Assembly (NCBI GenBank): GCA_027064425.1
Contig: JAMOPO010000052.1
Span: 128,001 to 192,000 of the forward strand
Length of the DNA stretch: 64,000 nt
Reading direction: 5' to 3'
From: Methanobacteriota archaeon
GTDB lineage: Archaea > JAADCQ01 > Methanopyri > Methanopyrales > Methanopyraceae
Each line of letters starts with the position of its first letter. The stretch's first letter is position 1. Positions 29,524 to 39,301 of the stretch are shown one piece after another. A program made the translations under genes and the position numbers. The notes beneath the pieces are model-generated. The model made no database searches. It was not told the origin of the DNA and saw only the letters and a program-made list of their open reading frames with translations.

Positions 29524-31178
29524 CCCTCCGGGAGCAGGTTCCTGGCCCTCTCCAGGTCCTCCTCGGTCACCTTCGGGAACACGGGCTCCGGCTCGGGTAT
29601 CGAGCCGGCGCGCACGTCCCGGAGCGCCTCCTCCCACTCCTGATCGTGAACCGAGCTCTCGTAACCCAGGCTCCGCCACAGCTTGTCCGCGCTCTCCGGT
29701 AGGAACGGGGCCAGCATCACGGCTAGCGCCTTCACGATCCTCGCGCAGCCCTTCAGGACGCGCCTGCACTCCTCCGGGTCCTCCTTCCGCAGGTTCCACG
29801 GCTCCCGCTCCTGGAAGTACTCGTTCCCGAAGCTGGACAGGTCCAGGACCGCGTACAGTGCCTCCCGGAACTTGAAGTCCTCCAGCAGCTCCGTCACCCG
29901 CTCATGGTGCTCCTCGATCTCCTCGACGACCTCCTCCTCCGCCTCCACGCCCGGAATCTCACCGTCCAGGAACCGGTGGATGAACGAGAGCGTGCGGTAC
30001 GCGAAGTTGCCCAGGTTGGCGATCAGCTCGTTGTTGATCTTGTCGCGGAACTCGTCCCAGGAGAAGTCCGCGTCCTTCGTCAGCGGGCTCATCGTGATCA
30101 GGTAGTACCGCAGGTAGTCCGCCGGGAACAGCTCCACGAAGTCTCGCACCCAGACGACCCAGCCCCGACTGGTGCTCATCTTCCGACCCTCGAGGGTCAG
30201 GTACTCACCCGCCACGACCGTGTGCGGCAGGTTCGCACCGACGCCCATCAGCATGGCCGGCCAGAACAGGACGTGGTGCACGATGATGTCCTTCCCGATG
30301 AAGTGGATGATCTTAGTGTCACCATCGAACCAGTACTCCCTCCAGTCCCGACCCTCCCGCTCGCAGTACTGCTTCGTGAACGTGACGTACCCGATCGGTG
30401 CGTCGAACCACACGTAAAACACCTTGTCCTCGTAGCCCTCGAGCGGGATGGGCACGCCCCAGTCGATGTCGCGAGTGATGTCCCAGTCTCGGAGCCCCTC
30501 CTTAATCCACTCCAGCGCGTAGTTCCGGACGTTCCTGGGCAGGTTCTCGTTGGACTCTATCCACTCCTTCAGGTCCTCCTCGAACTCGCTGAGCTTGAAG
30601 AACAGGTGCTTTACCCTCCGCACCTCCGGCTCGGAGTTACAGATCACGCACCGCGGGTCCTCGAGCTGCGTGGGCTCGAGGTGCCGCCCGCACGCCTCGC
30701 AGTGATCACCCCGCGCTCCCTCCTCACCGCAGTACGGGCACCGACCCTCCACGTACCGGTCCGGCAGGGGCCGCTCGCACTTCGGGCAGTACAGCTGCTC
30801 AACCTCACGCTCCTCGATGTACCCCTTCTCGTGCAACCGCTCGAAGAACCAGTGGGTCATCTTCACGTGCTCCTCGTTGAACTCCCGGCACGTGCACGAG
30901 AACTCGTCGAACTCAATGTTCAGCCGCTCCAGGTCCTCCTTGATCCTCTCGTGGTACTTGCGGACGATCTCCTCCGGCTCCTTGCCCTCGAGCTCGGCCT
31001 GCAGCGCGATCGGGACCCCGTGGTTATCCGTGCCGCCGATGTGGACCGCGTCCACGCCTCGCATCTTGAGGAACCGGGTGTACACGTCCGCGGGCAGGTA
31101 GGTGCTGCGCACGTGCCCGATGTGCAGTGGTCCGTTGGTGTAGGCGAGGGCCGTCGTCACCAGGACCCGCTCGCTCAC
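29520..31178 (-). CDS. metG: Methionine--tRNA ligase (no C-terminal tRNA-binding domain)
   Basis: HIGH, Zn knuckles, YVWFDAPIGY, IGKDI, KMSTS. Confidence 0.97.
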   Translation of the reverse strand: MSERVLVTTALAYTNGPLHIGHVRSTYLPADVYTRFLKMRGVDAVHIGGTDNHGVPIALQAELEGKEPEEIVRKYHERIKEDLERLNIEFDEFSCTCREFNEEHVKMTHWFFERLHEKGYIEEREVEQLYCPKCERPLPDRYVEGRCPYCGEEGARGDHCEACGRHLEPTQLEDPRCVICNSEPEVRRVKHLFFKLSEFEEDLKEWIESNENLPRNVRNYALEWIKEGLRDWDITRDIDWGVPIPLEGYEDKVFYVWFDAPIGYVTFTKQYCEREGRDWREYWFDGDTKIIHFIGKDIIVHHVLFWPAMLMGVGANLPHTVVAGEYLTLEGRKMSTSRGWVVWVRDFVELFPADYLRYYLITMSPLTKDADFSWDEFRDKINNELIANLGNFAYRTLSFIHRFLDGEIPGVEAEEEVVEEIEEHHERVTELLEDFKFREALYAVLDLSSFGNEYFQEREPWNLRKEDPEECRRVLKGCARIVKALAVMLAPFLPESADKLWRSLGYESSVHDQEWEEALRDVRAGSIPEPEPVFPKVTEEDLERARNLLPEG

Positions 31179-31190
31179 CTCGCCTCCCCC

Positions 31191-31811
31191 CTACAGGACG
31201 TAGCCCCACTTCACTGGGGTGACGTTGGCCAGCGAGACCGGCTTCAAATCCTCCGCCTTCAGCACTCCCGTGATCGAGTAGGCCACCGGGTACTCGTCGT
31301 CCAGCGACGCCACCTCGAACTCGTAGATCGATCCCCGCTTCTCGGCCCGGAACACCGCCAGGATCGCCGGCGCCCGCTCCAGCCTCCTCGCCAGCCGCTC
31401 CGGGTCGACCCACGGGTTCCTGACCTGCACCTCCACGACGTACGCCTCCACCTGGTCGAGGAAAACCGCCGGCGCCCTGCCCAGCCCCTCCCGACGCAGC
31501 GTCCGGCTGATCAGCTGCCCCAGCTCCCACTTGGACATGGGCCTCGGAAGCCGCACGATTATGCACGCCTCCACGGACGAGGGGGCCGTCTTAACGCCGC
31601 CCACCCTCACGACGTACGGGACCCGGAGCAGCGCTCGATGGACGTCCTTCGGCTTGAGCCCCGGCCTCAGGTTGCAGATGACGACGTGGTAGCACGCCAC
31701 CTGGGCCCCCTTGGACGAGATGGCCCACTGGTACGCCAGGATCCCCGCCACCGAGCCCGTCAGGGCGGCCGCCAAAACGACGATCGCCACCCTGCCCGCC
31801 CGCACGCTCAC
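31191..31811 (-). CDS. Hypothetical membrane-anchored protein with ferredoxin-like fold repeats
   Basis: N-terminal TM helix; GTG overlaps the upstream stop; alternating beta/alpha pattern. Confidence 0.6.
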   Translation of the reverse strand: MSVRAGRVAIVVLAAALTGSVAGILAYQWAISSKGAQVACYHVVICNLRPGLKPKDVHRALLRVPYVVRVGGVKTAPSSVEACIIVRLPRPMSKWELGQLISRTLRREGLGRAPAVFLDQVEAYVVEVQVRNPWVDPERLARRLERAPAILAVFRAEKRGSIYEFEVASLDDEYPVAYSITGVLKAEDLKPVSLANVTPVKWGYVL

Positions 31812-32701
31812 AGCCCCCTGCTCACCGCCACGGTCATCAGTATCGACATCCCCGTCACCCAGGCGACGGAGTTCGGCGCCACCGGCTGCGCGAGGTAGCC
31901 CAGCACCCGGATCAGCGCCTGTACCAGCATCGGGAGCACCCCGACCACCGCGGCACCGACCAGCCACCGCTTACACCACCGCGGCCTCACCGCCCAGACC
32001 AGGTAGAGGCCCAATCCCGCCACCAGCGGCTTGCACATGAACCCGCCGTCAACGGCCCCGAGCACGGTGAGGAACCCGGCGACGGAGAGCATGATCGGCT
32101 CCAGCACCGTCCCGCGCCGCTCGTGCACGCTCAGCGGGTGGAGGAACCCCAGCGCGACGTAAGCGGCCACCGTGATCAGCGCGAGGGGGACGGCGAGAGG
32201 CCAGGGGACGTACTTCGCCAGCACCGAGCCGTAATGGTACTTGGTGCGGACGTGGCGGAGCGCCAGGTCCAGAATCTTACCCACGCACGCCTTCAGCGCG
32301 TGGGTGTGCGTGAGGGACGTCGTCTCCCCGACCGAGCCTCCACCCGTGATGACGACGAGGGTGCCGGCCTTCATCCGGTACGGCGTGTTCAGCTGGATGA
32401 CCAGCTGGCCGAGGTAGGGAAGCAGGGCGATGCCGACCACCGTCGCGCCCGCCGCGCGGTTCCCAACCTCGAGCACGGGCCGACCGTGGCCCGCCAGCAG
32501 CAGGCACATCAGCCCAACGTGAGCGAGCAGGAGCGCGGGTTTAGCCTCCGTGGACCCCGTCAGTACCGGGTAGAAGAACTCGCGCACCAGGGCGTCGAGT
32601 GGCGTGTCCGTAGCGACCAGGAGCGCCGCGATTCCCAGCAGGAACGCTCCCGCGAGCCGGAGGTACCGGTCAACCCTCGACCGCCTCGAGGATGCGGTCA
32701 A
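31808..32701 (-). CDS. Hypothetical multi-pass membrane protein
   Basis: About 7 hydrophobic segments; operon position. Confidence 0.6.
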   Translation of the reverse strand: MTASSRRSRVDRYLRLAGAFLLGIAALLVATDTPLDALVREFFYPVLTGSTEAKPALLLAHVGLMCLLLAGHGRPVLEVGNRAAGATVVGIALLPYLGQLVIQLNTPYRMKAGTLVVITGGGSVGETTSLTHTHALKACVGKILDLALRHVRTKYHYGSVLAKYVPWPLAVPLALITVAAYVALGFLHPLSVHERRGTVLEPIMLSVAGFLTVLGAVDGGFMCKPLVAGLGLYLVWAVRPRWCKRWLVGAAVVGVLPMLVQALIRVLGYLAQPVAPNSVAWVTGMSILMTVAVSRGL

Positions 32702-33638
32702 CAGCCTCGGCCCCTCCGCGGACCAGCCACCTGCCGTCCGGGCGCTCGGCGACCTCCACCGGGTCGGTCTCCTCCACCTCGTCCAGGCTCAGCACGGGAA
32801 CCCCCGACTCCCGGGCGATCCAGTGACTTAAGTGCCTCGGATGCAGCTCCCACACCTTGACCGCCCTGTTGCCCACCACGCACGCCTCAATGGTCACCCC
32901 GAACCCCCCGGAGAAGACGACCGTGTCGGCCACCATCATCGCGCCGGGCAGGTCCACGAATCCGCGCAGGCGGTCGAACCCCGGGGGCGCGCCGACGCGG
33001 AACGGAACGACGAGCGGGTCGTGCTCGGACAGCCGCCTCAGGAGCCGCCTCGCCCCCTCCTCCGTCACGTCCCCTCCCAGGCAGACCAGCACACGATCCC
33101 GGCACTCCTCGGGCACCGGGCCCGGGATCTCACCCCTGAGGTGCCGCTCGGCGAGGTACTGGGCCAGCGGCGGCCCCGGGATGACCCTCGCCCGCGCGCC
33201 CGACCTCCGCTCCAGCTCCCTCGCGAACTCCCGGGAGAAGGGAACCAGTACCTCGGAGGCGAACCGGACCACCTCCACCGGGTTGTACACGTCCATTTCC
33301 ACGTGCACGGACCTGACGCGCAGCGCCGCGGCCGCGAGCAGGGACTTCCGCGCGTCCCCGGTGTTGCCGGAGGATAGCACGACCGAGGGCCGATCCCGAG
33401 CCATCCGCGCCAGCACCCGGGTCAGGTCCACCGCGAAGCCGAGGTAGCCGCGCCACCCCTCCCGTCGCCTAGACCTGCCGAGCGTGCGCGCGTCCCGCCC
33501 CTCCCACCGTAGCACCTCGGAGCCGCGCCCGTGCCCGTACACCCGAACGTCCCAGCCCTCGCGCTCGAGCCGCTCGAGGACCGGGAGCAGGTTCTTCGCC
33601 GGCGAGGGTTCTACAAGGGCGAACGCCCGCTCACCCAC
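32670..33638 (-). CDS. GT-B fold glycosyltransferase-like protein (MurG/GT28-like)
   Basis: PSVVLSSG, VHVE, GPP, VLVCLGG, GFVDLPGAMMVADTVVFSGG.GVTIEA. Confidence 0.6.
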   Translation of the reverse strand: MGERAFALVEPSPAKNLLPVLERLEREGWDVRVYGHGRGSEVLRWEGRDARTLGRSRRREGWRGYLGFAVDLTRVLARMARDRPSVVLSSGNTGDARKSLLAAAALRVRSVHVEMDVYNPVEVVRFASEVLVPFSREFARELERRSGARARVIPGPPLAQYLAERHLRGEIPGPVPEECRDRVLVCLGGDVTEEGARRLLRRLSEHDPLVVPFRVGAPPGFDRLRGFVDLPGAMMVADTVVFSGGFGVTIEACVVGNRAVKVWELHPRHLSHWIARESGVPVLSLDEVEETDPVEVAERPDGRWLVRGGAEAVDRILEAVEG

Positions 33639-34230
33639 GTCCCAGCCTCCCCTTGGTGGACGGGACGCCCTCCTCGACCACCTCCACCGCCTCCCGCAGG
33701 GCCCGAGCCACCGCCTTGAACATTGCCTCCACGGCGTGATGATCGTTGTCCCACGCCCGGAACTCCACGTGCATCGTGGTCCCGGAGTTCTCGCAGAAGC
33801 TGCGCCAGAAGTGCGGTACGTTCTCCAGCGAGAGCGGTGGATCGCCGATCCCGGGTCGGGAGGGATTGAACCCGCTGACCCGGAGGTAGGCCCGACCGGA
33901 CAAGTCCAGGGCGCAGAGGACCAGGGAGCCATCCATGGGTACCATGGACCAGGCCATCCGGCGGATCCCGGACCGGTCGCCCAGAGCCTCGTCGAGCGCC
34001 TTGCCCAGGCAGATGCCCACGTCCTCCACCACGTGGTGATCGTCCACCTCCAGGTCGCCCACCACCTCGACCTCCAGGTCCAGTCCACCGTGAAGCGCCA
34101 GCTGTTCCAGCAGGTGGTCAAAGAACGGGAGCCCGGTGTCAACGTCGGCGGAGCCCTCCCCGTCGAGATCCATCCGGACGCTGACGTCCGTCTCCTCGGT
34201 CCTCCGCCGGACCTCTCCCACCCTGCTCAA
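33631..34230 (-). CDS. hisB: Imidazoleglycerol-phosphate dehydratase
   Basis: RRTEET, FFDHLL, DDHHVVEDVG, DLSGR, NDHHAVEAMFKA. Confidence 0.97.
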   Translation of the reverse strand: MSRVGEVRRRTEETDVSVRMDLDGEGSADVDTGLPFFDHLLEQLALHGGLDLEVEVVGDLEVDDHHVVEDVGICLGKALDEALGDRSGIRRMAWSMVPMDGSLVLCALDLSGRAYLRVSGFNPSRPGIGDPPLSLENVPHFWRSFCENSGTTMHVEFRAWDNDHHAVEAMFKAVARALREAVEVVEEGVPSTKGRLGRG

Positions 34231-34295
34231 CGCGACTCTCCCCGCCGATCGATCCGTCTAAAAGGCCGGCTCGGGGCATCGGGCCGGGCGATCGC

Positions 34296-34694
34296 GTGGA
34301 GCGCGCGCTGGCGGCTGCGTGCGTGCTGCTGGGCGCGGTGCTGCTGTGGGCGTCCCACGGGGTGCCAGAGGATAAGGTTACGGCCGCGAGCCTTCGCGGG
34401 CTTCCGGACGGAACGCTGGTGCTCGTGGACGGGAAGGTCTCACGGCTTGTCACGCTCCGGCGCGGGTGCTTGGTGGAGGTGCGGGTTAGGGACGGCACGG
34501 TGCCGGTGTACCTCACGGAGTCCGCCGGTCGGGAGCGTGTGCCGGCCCCGGGCGAAAGGTTTCGAGCCCTGGGCCGAGTGGAATCCTACGAGGGTAGGAA
34601 GGAGGTGAGGGTTGATGCGTCGGGGCTACGTGCTGCCGGTGGCGGTGGGCGTTCTGGTGGCCCTGATCCTGCCGTACGTGGTGTACGGTGGTAA
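34296..34694 (+). CDS. Membrane-anchored OB-fold protein
   Basis: N-terminal TM; V.V.G.V...DGTVPV..GERFRALGRVESYEGRKEV. Confidence 0.6.
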   Translation: MERALAAACVLLGAVLLWASHGVPEDKVTAASLRGLPDGTLVLVDGKVSRLVTLRRGCLVEVRVRDGTVPVYLTESAGRERVPAPGERFRALGRVESYEGRKEVRVDASGLRAAGGGGRSGGPDPAVRGVRW

Positions 34695-35418
34695 GCCGGA
34701 GGGTCCGGGCTACCCGACGGAGCTTTACGGGTTCAGGGTCAGCCTGGCGAGTCCCGATCTGGCCGTCACGGACATCGTACCCAGGAAGACGCTGCTGATG
34801 GAGCACGAGCTGCGGGTCGACTCGCCGGGCTGGTCGGTGCACTTCGTGCCGGACTGGCCTCCCGTCGTTCTGGTTCACGCGGTGAGAATGAGCGACGAAG
34901 AACTGGCGGTTAGGAACCTGTGGGCGGTCGTCCTCCAGGAGGGTGCCGGGCGGATCTTCATGCCGGACGAGTTCGTGGAGGGCGGCGTGCCGGGGCTGAT
35001 CACGGGGATCGCCGGCCAGGCGTGGGCGTGGAAGCACCTGAAGTGGGCCCGGAAGTACGGGGTGATCCACGGGCTGCGGAGGTACGCGCGGGAGGTGGGC
35101 CCGAGCCGGGTAAGTCGAGAGATCCGTCGGGAGTACGGGAAGGAGCCGTGGCGGGCCCTGCTGGACTTCTGTGAGATGATGCGGTGCAGCGACGTGGGGC
35201 GCTTCCTGCGCTCCAAGCGCCTGTCCTTCCGGGACTTCTTAACCAGCCGGGATCCGGAGTTAGTCGCCCAGGTCCTGACGGTGCTGGACCTGGGCAGACT
35301 GGACCCGGAGGTGGCTAAGAAGAGGATCCGGTACGTGTTGGACGCTCGGGCGTACCCGCTGCCAAAAAGTGAGGAGTGGGCGTTGAGGGAGGCGGCGCGG
35401 AGGCTGCTTCACGGGTGA
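34615..35418 (+). CDS. Hypothetical protein with N-terminal TM helix
   Basis: ORF after GGAGGTGAGG SD; host-like codon usage. Confidence 0.6.
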   Translation: MRRGYVLPVAVGVLVALILPYVVYGGKPEGPGYPTELYGFRVSLASPDLAVTDIVPRKTLLMEHELRVDSPGWSVHFVPDWPPVVLVHAVRMSDEELAVRNLWAVVLQEGAGRIFMPDEFVEGGVPGLITGIAGQAWAWKHLKWARKYGVIHGLRRYAREVGPSRVSREIRREYGKEPWRALLDFCEMMRCSDVGRFLRSKRLSFRDFLTSRDPELVAQVLTVLDLGRLDPEVAKKRIRYVLDARAYPLPKSEEWALREAARRLLHG

Positions 35419-36326
35419 AGGTCGATGCCCAGGGCCTCGCAGATCTCCTTGTACCGGTTGCGGATGGTGACCTCGGTTACCTTGGCGACCTCGGCGATCT
35501 CCCGCTGCGTCCGGCGTTCGCCCTCGAGGATGCAGGCGATGTAGAGGGCCGCGGCGGCGATGCCGGCGGGACCCTTGCCCACGGTGATGCCCTTCTCCTT
35601 CGCCTTCTCGATGATCTCCTGCGCCTTCGCCTCGACGTCCTCCGAGACGTTCAGCTTGGACGCGAAGCGTGGCAGGTGGTCCGAGGGCTCGGTCGGGCGC
35701 TGGTTGAGTCCGAGCTTGCGCTGCAGGACCCGGTAGGCGCGGAGGATCTCGTTCTCGTCGGGCATGTTCAGCGCCTCGGCGATCTCGCGGGCCGTGCGTG
35801 GGTGCCTCGTCTCCTTGCACGCGGCGAAGACGGCCGCTCCGAGCACGCTCTCGATCCCGCGCCCGCGGACGATTCCCTTCTCGTACGCCTTCCGGTAGAT
35901 CGCGGCGGCGCGCTCCTTCGCCGGCTCGGGGAGCTGCAGCTTGGAGGCCAGCACCTCGAGCTCTTGGAACGCCTGCTGGAAGTTACGCTCCCGGCTGCTG
36001 GAGGCCTTGATCCGGTTGTCCCAGGTTCTCAGCCGCTGCATGTGCGGGTTCTTCCGTCCGGAGGAGTCGCGCAGCTCGCGGTCGATGATCGTGGACAGGC
36101 CCTTATCCGGCAGCCGGACCTTCGCGGGCTCCCCGGTCCGGGAGCGGCGCTGCCGCTGGTCGGAGTTGAAGTGGCGCCACTCCGGGCCGGGGTCGATCAC
36201 GGGTTCCTCGTTCACGAGCCCGCACTTCTCGCAAACGTACTCACCGCGCTCCTCATCGAAGACGATCTCGCGGGACCCGCAGGCCGGGCAGACCATCTCC
36301 CCAGCATCCTTCTCAGAATTAGCCAT
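35409..36326 (-). CDS. tfb: Transcription initiation factor IIB
   Basis: Zn ribbon CPAC..CEKCG, IDPGPEWR, GRGIE, VTEVTIRNRYKE. Confidence 0.98.
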   Translation of the reverse strand: MANSEKDAGEMVCPACGSREIVFDEERGEYVCEKCGLVNEEPVIDPGPEWRHFNSDQRQRRSRTGEPAKVRLPDKGLSTIIDRELRDSSGRKNPHMQRLRTWDNRIKASSSRERNFQQAFQELEVLASKLQLPEPAKERAAAIYRKAYEKGIVRGRGIESVLGAAVFAACKETRHPRTAREIAEALNMPDENEILRAYRVLQRKLGLNQRPTEPSDHLPRFASKLNVSEDVEAKAQEIIEKAKEKGITVGKGPAGIAAAALYIACILEGERRTQREIAEVAKVTEVTIRNRYKEICEALGIDLHP

Positions 36327-36342
36327 GCCTCGGCACACCCCA

Positions 36343-36621
36343 TTACCTCCGCCGGGGTCGCCTACGCCTTCTCCTCGGGGGCCTACGCCTGCGTCTGGGC
36401 GGGATGAACAGCTCCTTGCCCACGAATCTCTCCAACCGCTCCTTCGACTTGTCCCGGATCGCCACGTAGGGCTTGTCCGCAGGCCCGAACACGTCGACGA
36501 TGATGCCCACACGCTCCCGGCGGCGGGTCACCACGGGCGCGCCCAGCGGCGGTACCTCCTCGGCTCGGGCGATCAGGTTCCCCCGAGGGGTTACGTGCAG
36601 GGCCTTCCCGAGCCTGCGCAT
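36343..36621 (-). CDS. gar1: H/ACA RNP protein Gar1
   Basis: MRRLGKALH, VG.IVDVFGP..PYV, basic tail; gar1-tfb synteny. Confidence 0.9.
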   Translation of the reverse strand: MRRLGKALHVTPRGNLIARAEEVPPLGAPVVTRRRERVGIIVDVFGPADKPYVAIRDKSKERLERFVGKELFIPPRRRRRPPRRRRRRPRRR

Positions 36622-36660
36622 GGTGACACCGCCTCCATGTTCGATGTTGAGGCTCCGGCT

Positions 36661-37185
36661 TTATCCTTTACGCGTGAACCTCCGGCTAACGCGCTCCTGA
36701 CGCGACCGCTTGTTGGCACACTCAGAGCACACGTCGACTTTCTTGTTGCTCTTAAACCTCTTACCACACAGTTTGCACCTGCACTCGTAGAGGCGCGCCC
36801 GCTTCCCCTCCCGCCTCGCCATCCGCTTGATCCGGCTCGTCCGCTCCACCTCCCGGGTCAGGTAGAACCAGGTATCACCGAACACGTCTCGGCCCCGCAT
36901 GACCACCTTCCTCGCCACCTCCAGCCCGGACGGGTCCCCCCTCATGGCCCGGACCATCGCGCTTAAGAACTGCCTCTCCCGGTACCGGTAGATGTCGATG
37001 GCGTCGTTCGGGCAGACGCGGACGCACTCGTCGCACGCGTCGCAGGCCTCCAGGTTTACGATCACGACCTCGTCGCCCTTCACATCCAGCACGCCGCGGT
37101 CGCACACCTCCACGCAGAGCGCGCAGGAGGGACCCTCGCAGCGCTCCCGATCGATCTCGATCCTTCGGACCGCCAACTCCTCCAC
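36661..37185 (-). CDS. 2[4Fe-4S] ferredoxin-domain protein with C-terminal Zn-ribbon-like domain
   Basis: CEGPSCALCVEVC and CDACDECVRVCP; CKLC...CSEC. Confidence 0.8.
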   Translation of the reverse strand: MEELAVRRIEIDRERCEGPSCALCVEVCDRGVLDVKGDEVVIVNLEACDACDECVRVCPNDAIDIYRYRERQFLSAMVRAMRGDPSGLEVARKVVMRGRDVFGDTWFYLTREVERTSRIKRMARREGKRARLYECRCKLCGKRFKSNKKVDVCSECANKRSRQERVSRRFTRKG

Positions 37186-37193
37186 CCCAGGGG

Positions 37194-37598
37194 ATGAAAC
37201 GCTTGAACGTGCATGTTAGGGAGCGGGAAGGAGACGTCGTGCTGGAGTTCTGCGGGGAGGACGGGTGCATCCAGGTGTCGGCCCGGGCCTTCTACACCGC
37301 GGTGATAATGAGCGGCGAGGACACCGTGGAGAAGACCAAGGAGCTCCTCACCAAGCCCTTCGAGCTGCTCGGGGAGGATCCCCCCGAGGTGCGCGTCCGC
37401 AGGTCGGAGGATCCGGAGGGTACCCTGCTGAACCCTTGGGTGACCTCGTCGCACGAGGAGGTCGAGTTCTTTACGTTCGAGCTGGAACGGGGAGGCGAGA
37501 CTTTAAAACTCTCCTTGGCAGTCCCGCGCGGCTCTCGGGGCGGCACCTCAAAAATCAAGGAGGTCATTAACCTATTGAAGTCTCGACTCCCGTGGTGA
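37194..37598 (+). CDS. Hypothetical protein
   Basis: ATG ORF with acidic, host-like composition. Confidence 0.6.
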   Translation: MKRLNVHVREREGDVVLEFCGEDGCIQVSARAFYTAVIMSGEDTVEKTKELLTKPFELLGEDPPEVRVRRSEDPEGTLLNPWVTSSHEEVEFFTFELERGGETLKLSLAVPRGSRGGTSKIKEVINLLKSRLPW

Positions 37599-37616
37599 GC
37601 CGGAGGTGAGCTCGTC

Positions 37617-38546
37617 TTGTACCCGCGGGGTAGAAAGGCCACCCTGGCCGCGATCCTGCGCACGATCCTGAAGGATCAGCCCTCAACGCAGAAAGAGATA
37701 GCCGAGAAGGTGGGCGTCTCGCGGCGGTACGTGACGGAGCTGCTTCAGCCGCTGATGGAGAAGGGGGCCGTTTTCCGGACGTACGCCGTCGACATGACCA
37801 AGCTCCGCCGGCACTTCCCCGAGCTGTTCGAGGAGCTCGGTCGACACATCTACGAGGACATCGAGTCGCACCTGGAGAGCGTCCGCCCCTACTTCGAGCG
37901 GATGATCGACCTGACGGAGTCACAGGTGGAGAGCGCGATCCTGGCCATCGAGGAGGACCCGAGCCTCGCCCAGAAGATCGTGAAGATGGACGAGGAGGTC
38001 AACCGGCTGGACGAGGAGATCCGGCTGTACGTTCGAGCGCTTCCAACGTTCCACCCGTGCGAGGAGGCGGGGAAAGTCTCGACGCTCCTCCTCGAGATCT
38101 CGCACTGCATCGAGCGGATCGGAGACTACGCGTGCAACATCGCGGAGGTGGCGGACAGGATCGGAACGCTCTCCGACCTGGGGTGCTGGGAGGAGCTCAA
38201 GGAGGCCGCGGAGCGGGCCCGGTCGATGGTCTCGACCTCGTACGACGCGTTCCTATCCCTGTCCAAGCGTCGGGTCAAGAAGGCCGCGGAGGACGTGTAC
38301 CGGCAGGAGGAGCGCGTCCACGATAGCATAATAAAGGCCTGCGACGATGCGATCAAGGAAACGGAGGAGTTTCCGTCCCGCGCCCGGTACCTCTTCGCCG
38401 TGTCACGCGTGACGAAGGACGTCGAGCGCATCGCGGACAAGGCCGTCGATATCGTCGACTACACGCGAGAGCTGGTCGAGGGTCGACCGCGCGACCTGAC
38501 CCCGGAGCAGGAGGTGAGGGGAACCATCCCGGCCGACACCGCGTAA
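37617..38546 (+). CDS. PhoU-family protein with N-terminal HTH
   Basis: TQKEIAEKVGVSRRYV HTH; two PhoU repeats (D..VN.LD, ERIGDYACNIAE, ERIAD..VDI). Confidence 0.88.
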   Translation: MYPRGRKATLAAILRTILKDQPSTQKEIAEKVGVSRRYVTELLQPLMEKGAVFRTYAVDMTKLRRHFPELFEELGRHIYEDIESHLESVRPYFERMIDLTESQVESAILAIEEDPSLAQKIVKMDEEVNRLDEEIRLYVRALPTFHPCEEAGKVSTLLLEISHCIERIGDYACNIAEVADRIGTLSDLGCWEELKEAAERARSMVSTSYDAFLSLSKRRVKKAAEDVYRQEERVHDSIIKACDDAIKETEEFPSRARYLFAVSRVTKDVERIADKAVDIVDYTRELVEGRPRDLTPEQEVRGTIPADTA

Positions 38547-38562
38547 GGGGGGTGCCGGGACG

Positions 38563-39288
38563 GTGCACTACGTCGGGCTGGGCGGCTTCGGATGCCGGTT
38601 CTCCTCCCACGCTTCCAACGCCGGCTTCCGAGTGCTCGCCTGCGTCGGCTCCAAGGGTGACCTCCTGCGGGTCTCGGAGGGCAAGACCGTCGAGGTAGCA
38701 CCGGACATCGGCTACAACCGCGACTGGCGTCGAGCCTCCGAGGAGCTCGCGGATCACGAGAAGGCCATGAACACGATCCGCAAGTGCCTCGAGCAGCACC
38801 TGGACGGCCCCACGCTCATGGCGTTCGGACTGGGCGGAGCAGTGGGGTTCGCGCTCGCCCGACCCTTCCTCGAGGACCCTCCCGTCCCCTTCGTCCTCCT
38901 CGTCACGATCCCGGGCGAGTCCGAGGATCCCCAGGTCCGACGCAACGCGCGCGAGCAGGTGGACGTGGTGCTGAAGGTCTCCTCCAAGCTCCCGATCCTC
39001 TGGGTGGACAACGATATTGGTGGAGGCTACGACCGGGTCAACCGGATGCTCGAGAAGACGCTCTCCGAGTTCCGGGAGTTCCTGAACGTCCCGGTCGAGG
39101 AGCTCCCGAACATGGCCGGGAACTACGCGGTCTCCCCCTCCCTACCCGGCGAGCGCGTGACCGAGGAGATCGTCAAGACGAACCCCAGCGAGATCCGTCG
39201 GCTCGTGAGCGATCGGGAGCCCGAGGAGCGCGTGATCAAGGAGGAGCGGAAGGGGCCGGACCCGGACTCACTGAGGGAGCTGTTCTAG
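38563..39288 (+). CDS. Divergent, truncated tubulin/FtsZ-like protein
   Basis: YVGLGGFGCR (T1), FGLGGAVG (degenerate T4), TIP..E....RNA, WVDN, YDRVN..L. Confidence 0.7.
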   Translation: MHYVGLGGFGCRFSSHASNAGFRVLACVGSKGDLLRVSEGKTVEVAPDIGYNRDWRRASEELADHEKAMNTIRKCLEQHLDGPTLMAFGLGGAVGFALARPFLEDPPVPFVLLVTIPGESEDPQVRRNAREQVDVVLKVSSKLPILWVDNDIGGGYDRVNRMLEKTLSEFREFLNVPVEELPNMAGNYAVSPSLPGERVTEEIVKTNPSEIRRLVSDREPEERVIKEERKGPDPDSLRELF

Positions 39289-39301
39289 GGGGCGGCCTCC
39301 G

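Noticed and set aside
29904-31898. Long antisense ORFs (e.g. 664 aa here, also 12330-13811, 13808-15526, 49835-51259, 52149-53927)
   Set aside because: Shadows of real genes caused by high GC codon bias; no recognisable motifs
32670-34142. 490-aa ORF-track entry suggesting a hisB-overlapping fusion
   Set aside because: The N-terminal part is an alternate frame of hisB; the real gene starts at GTG 33638
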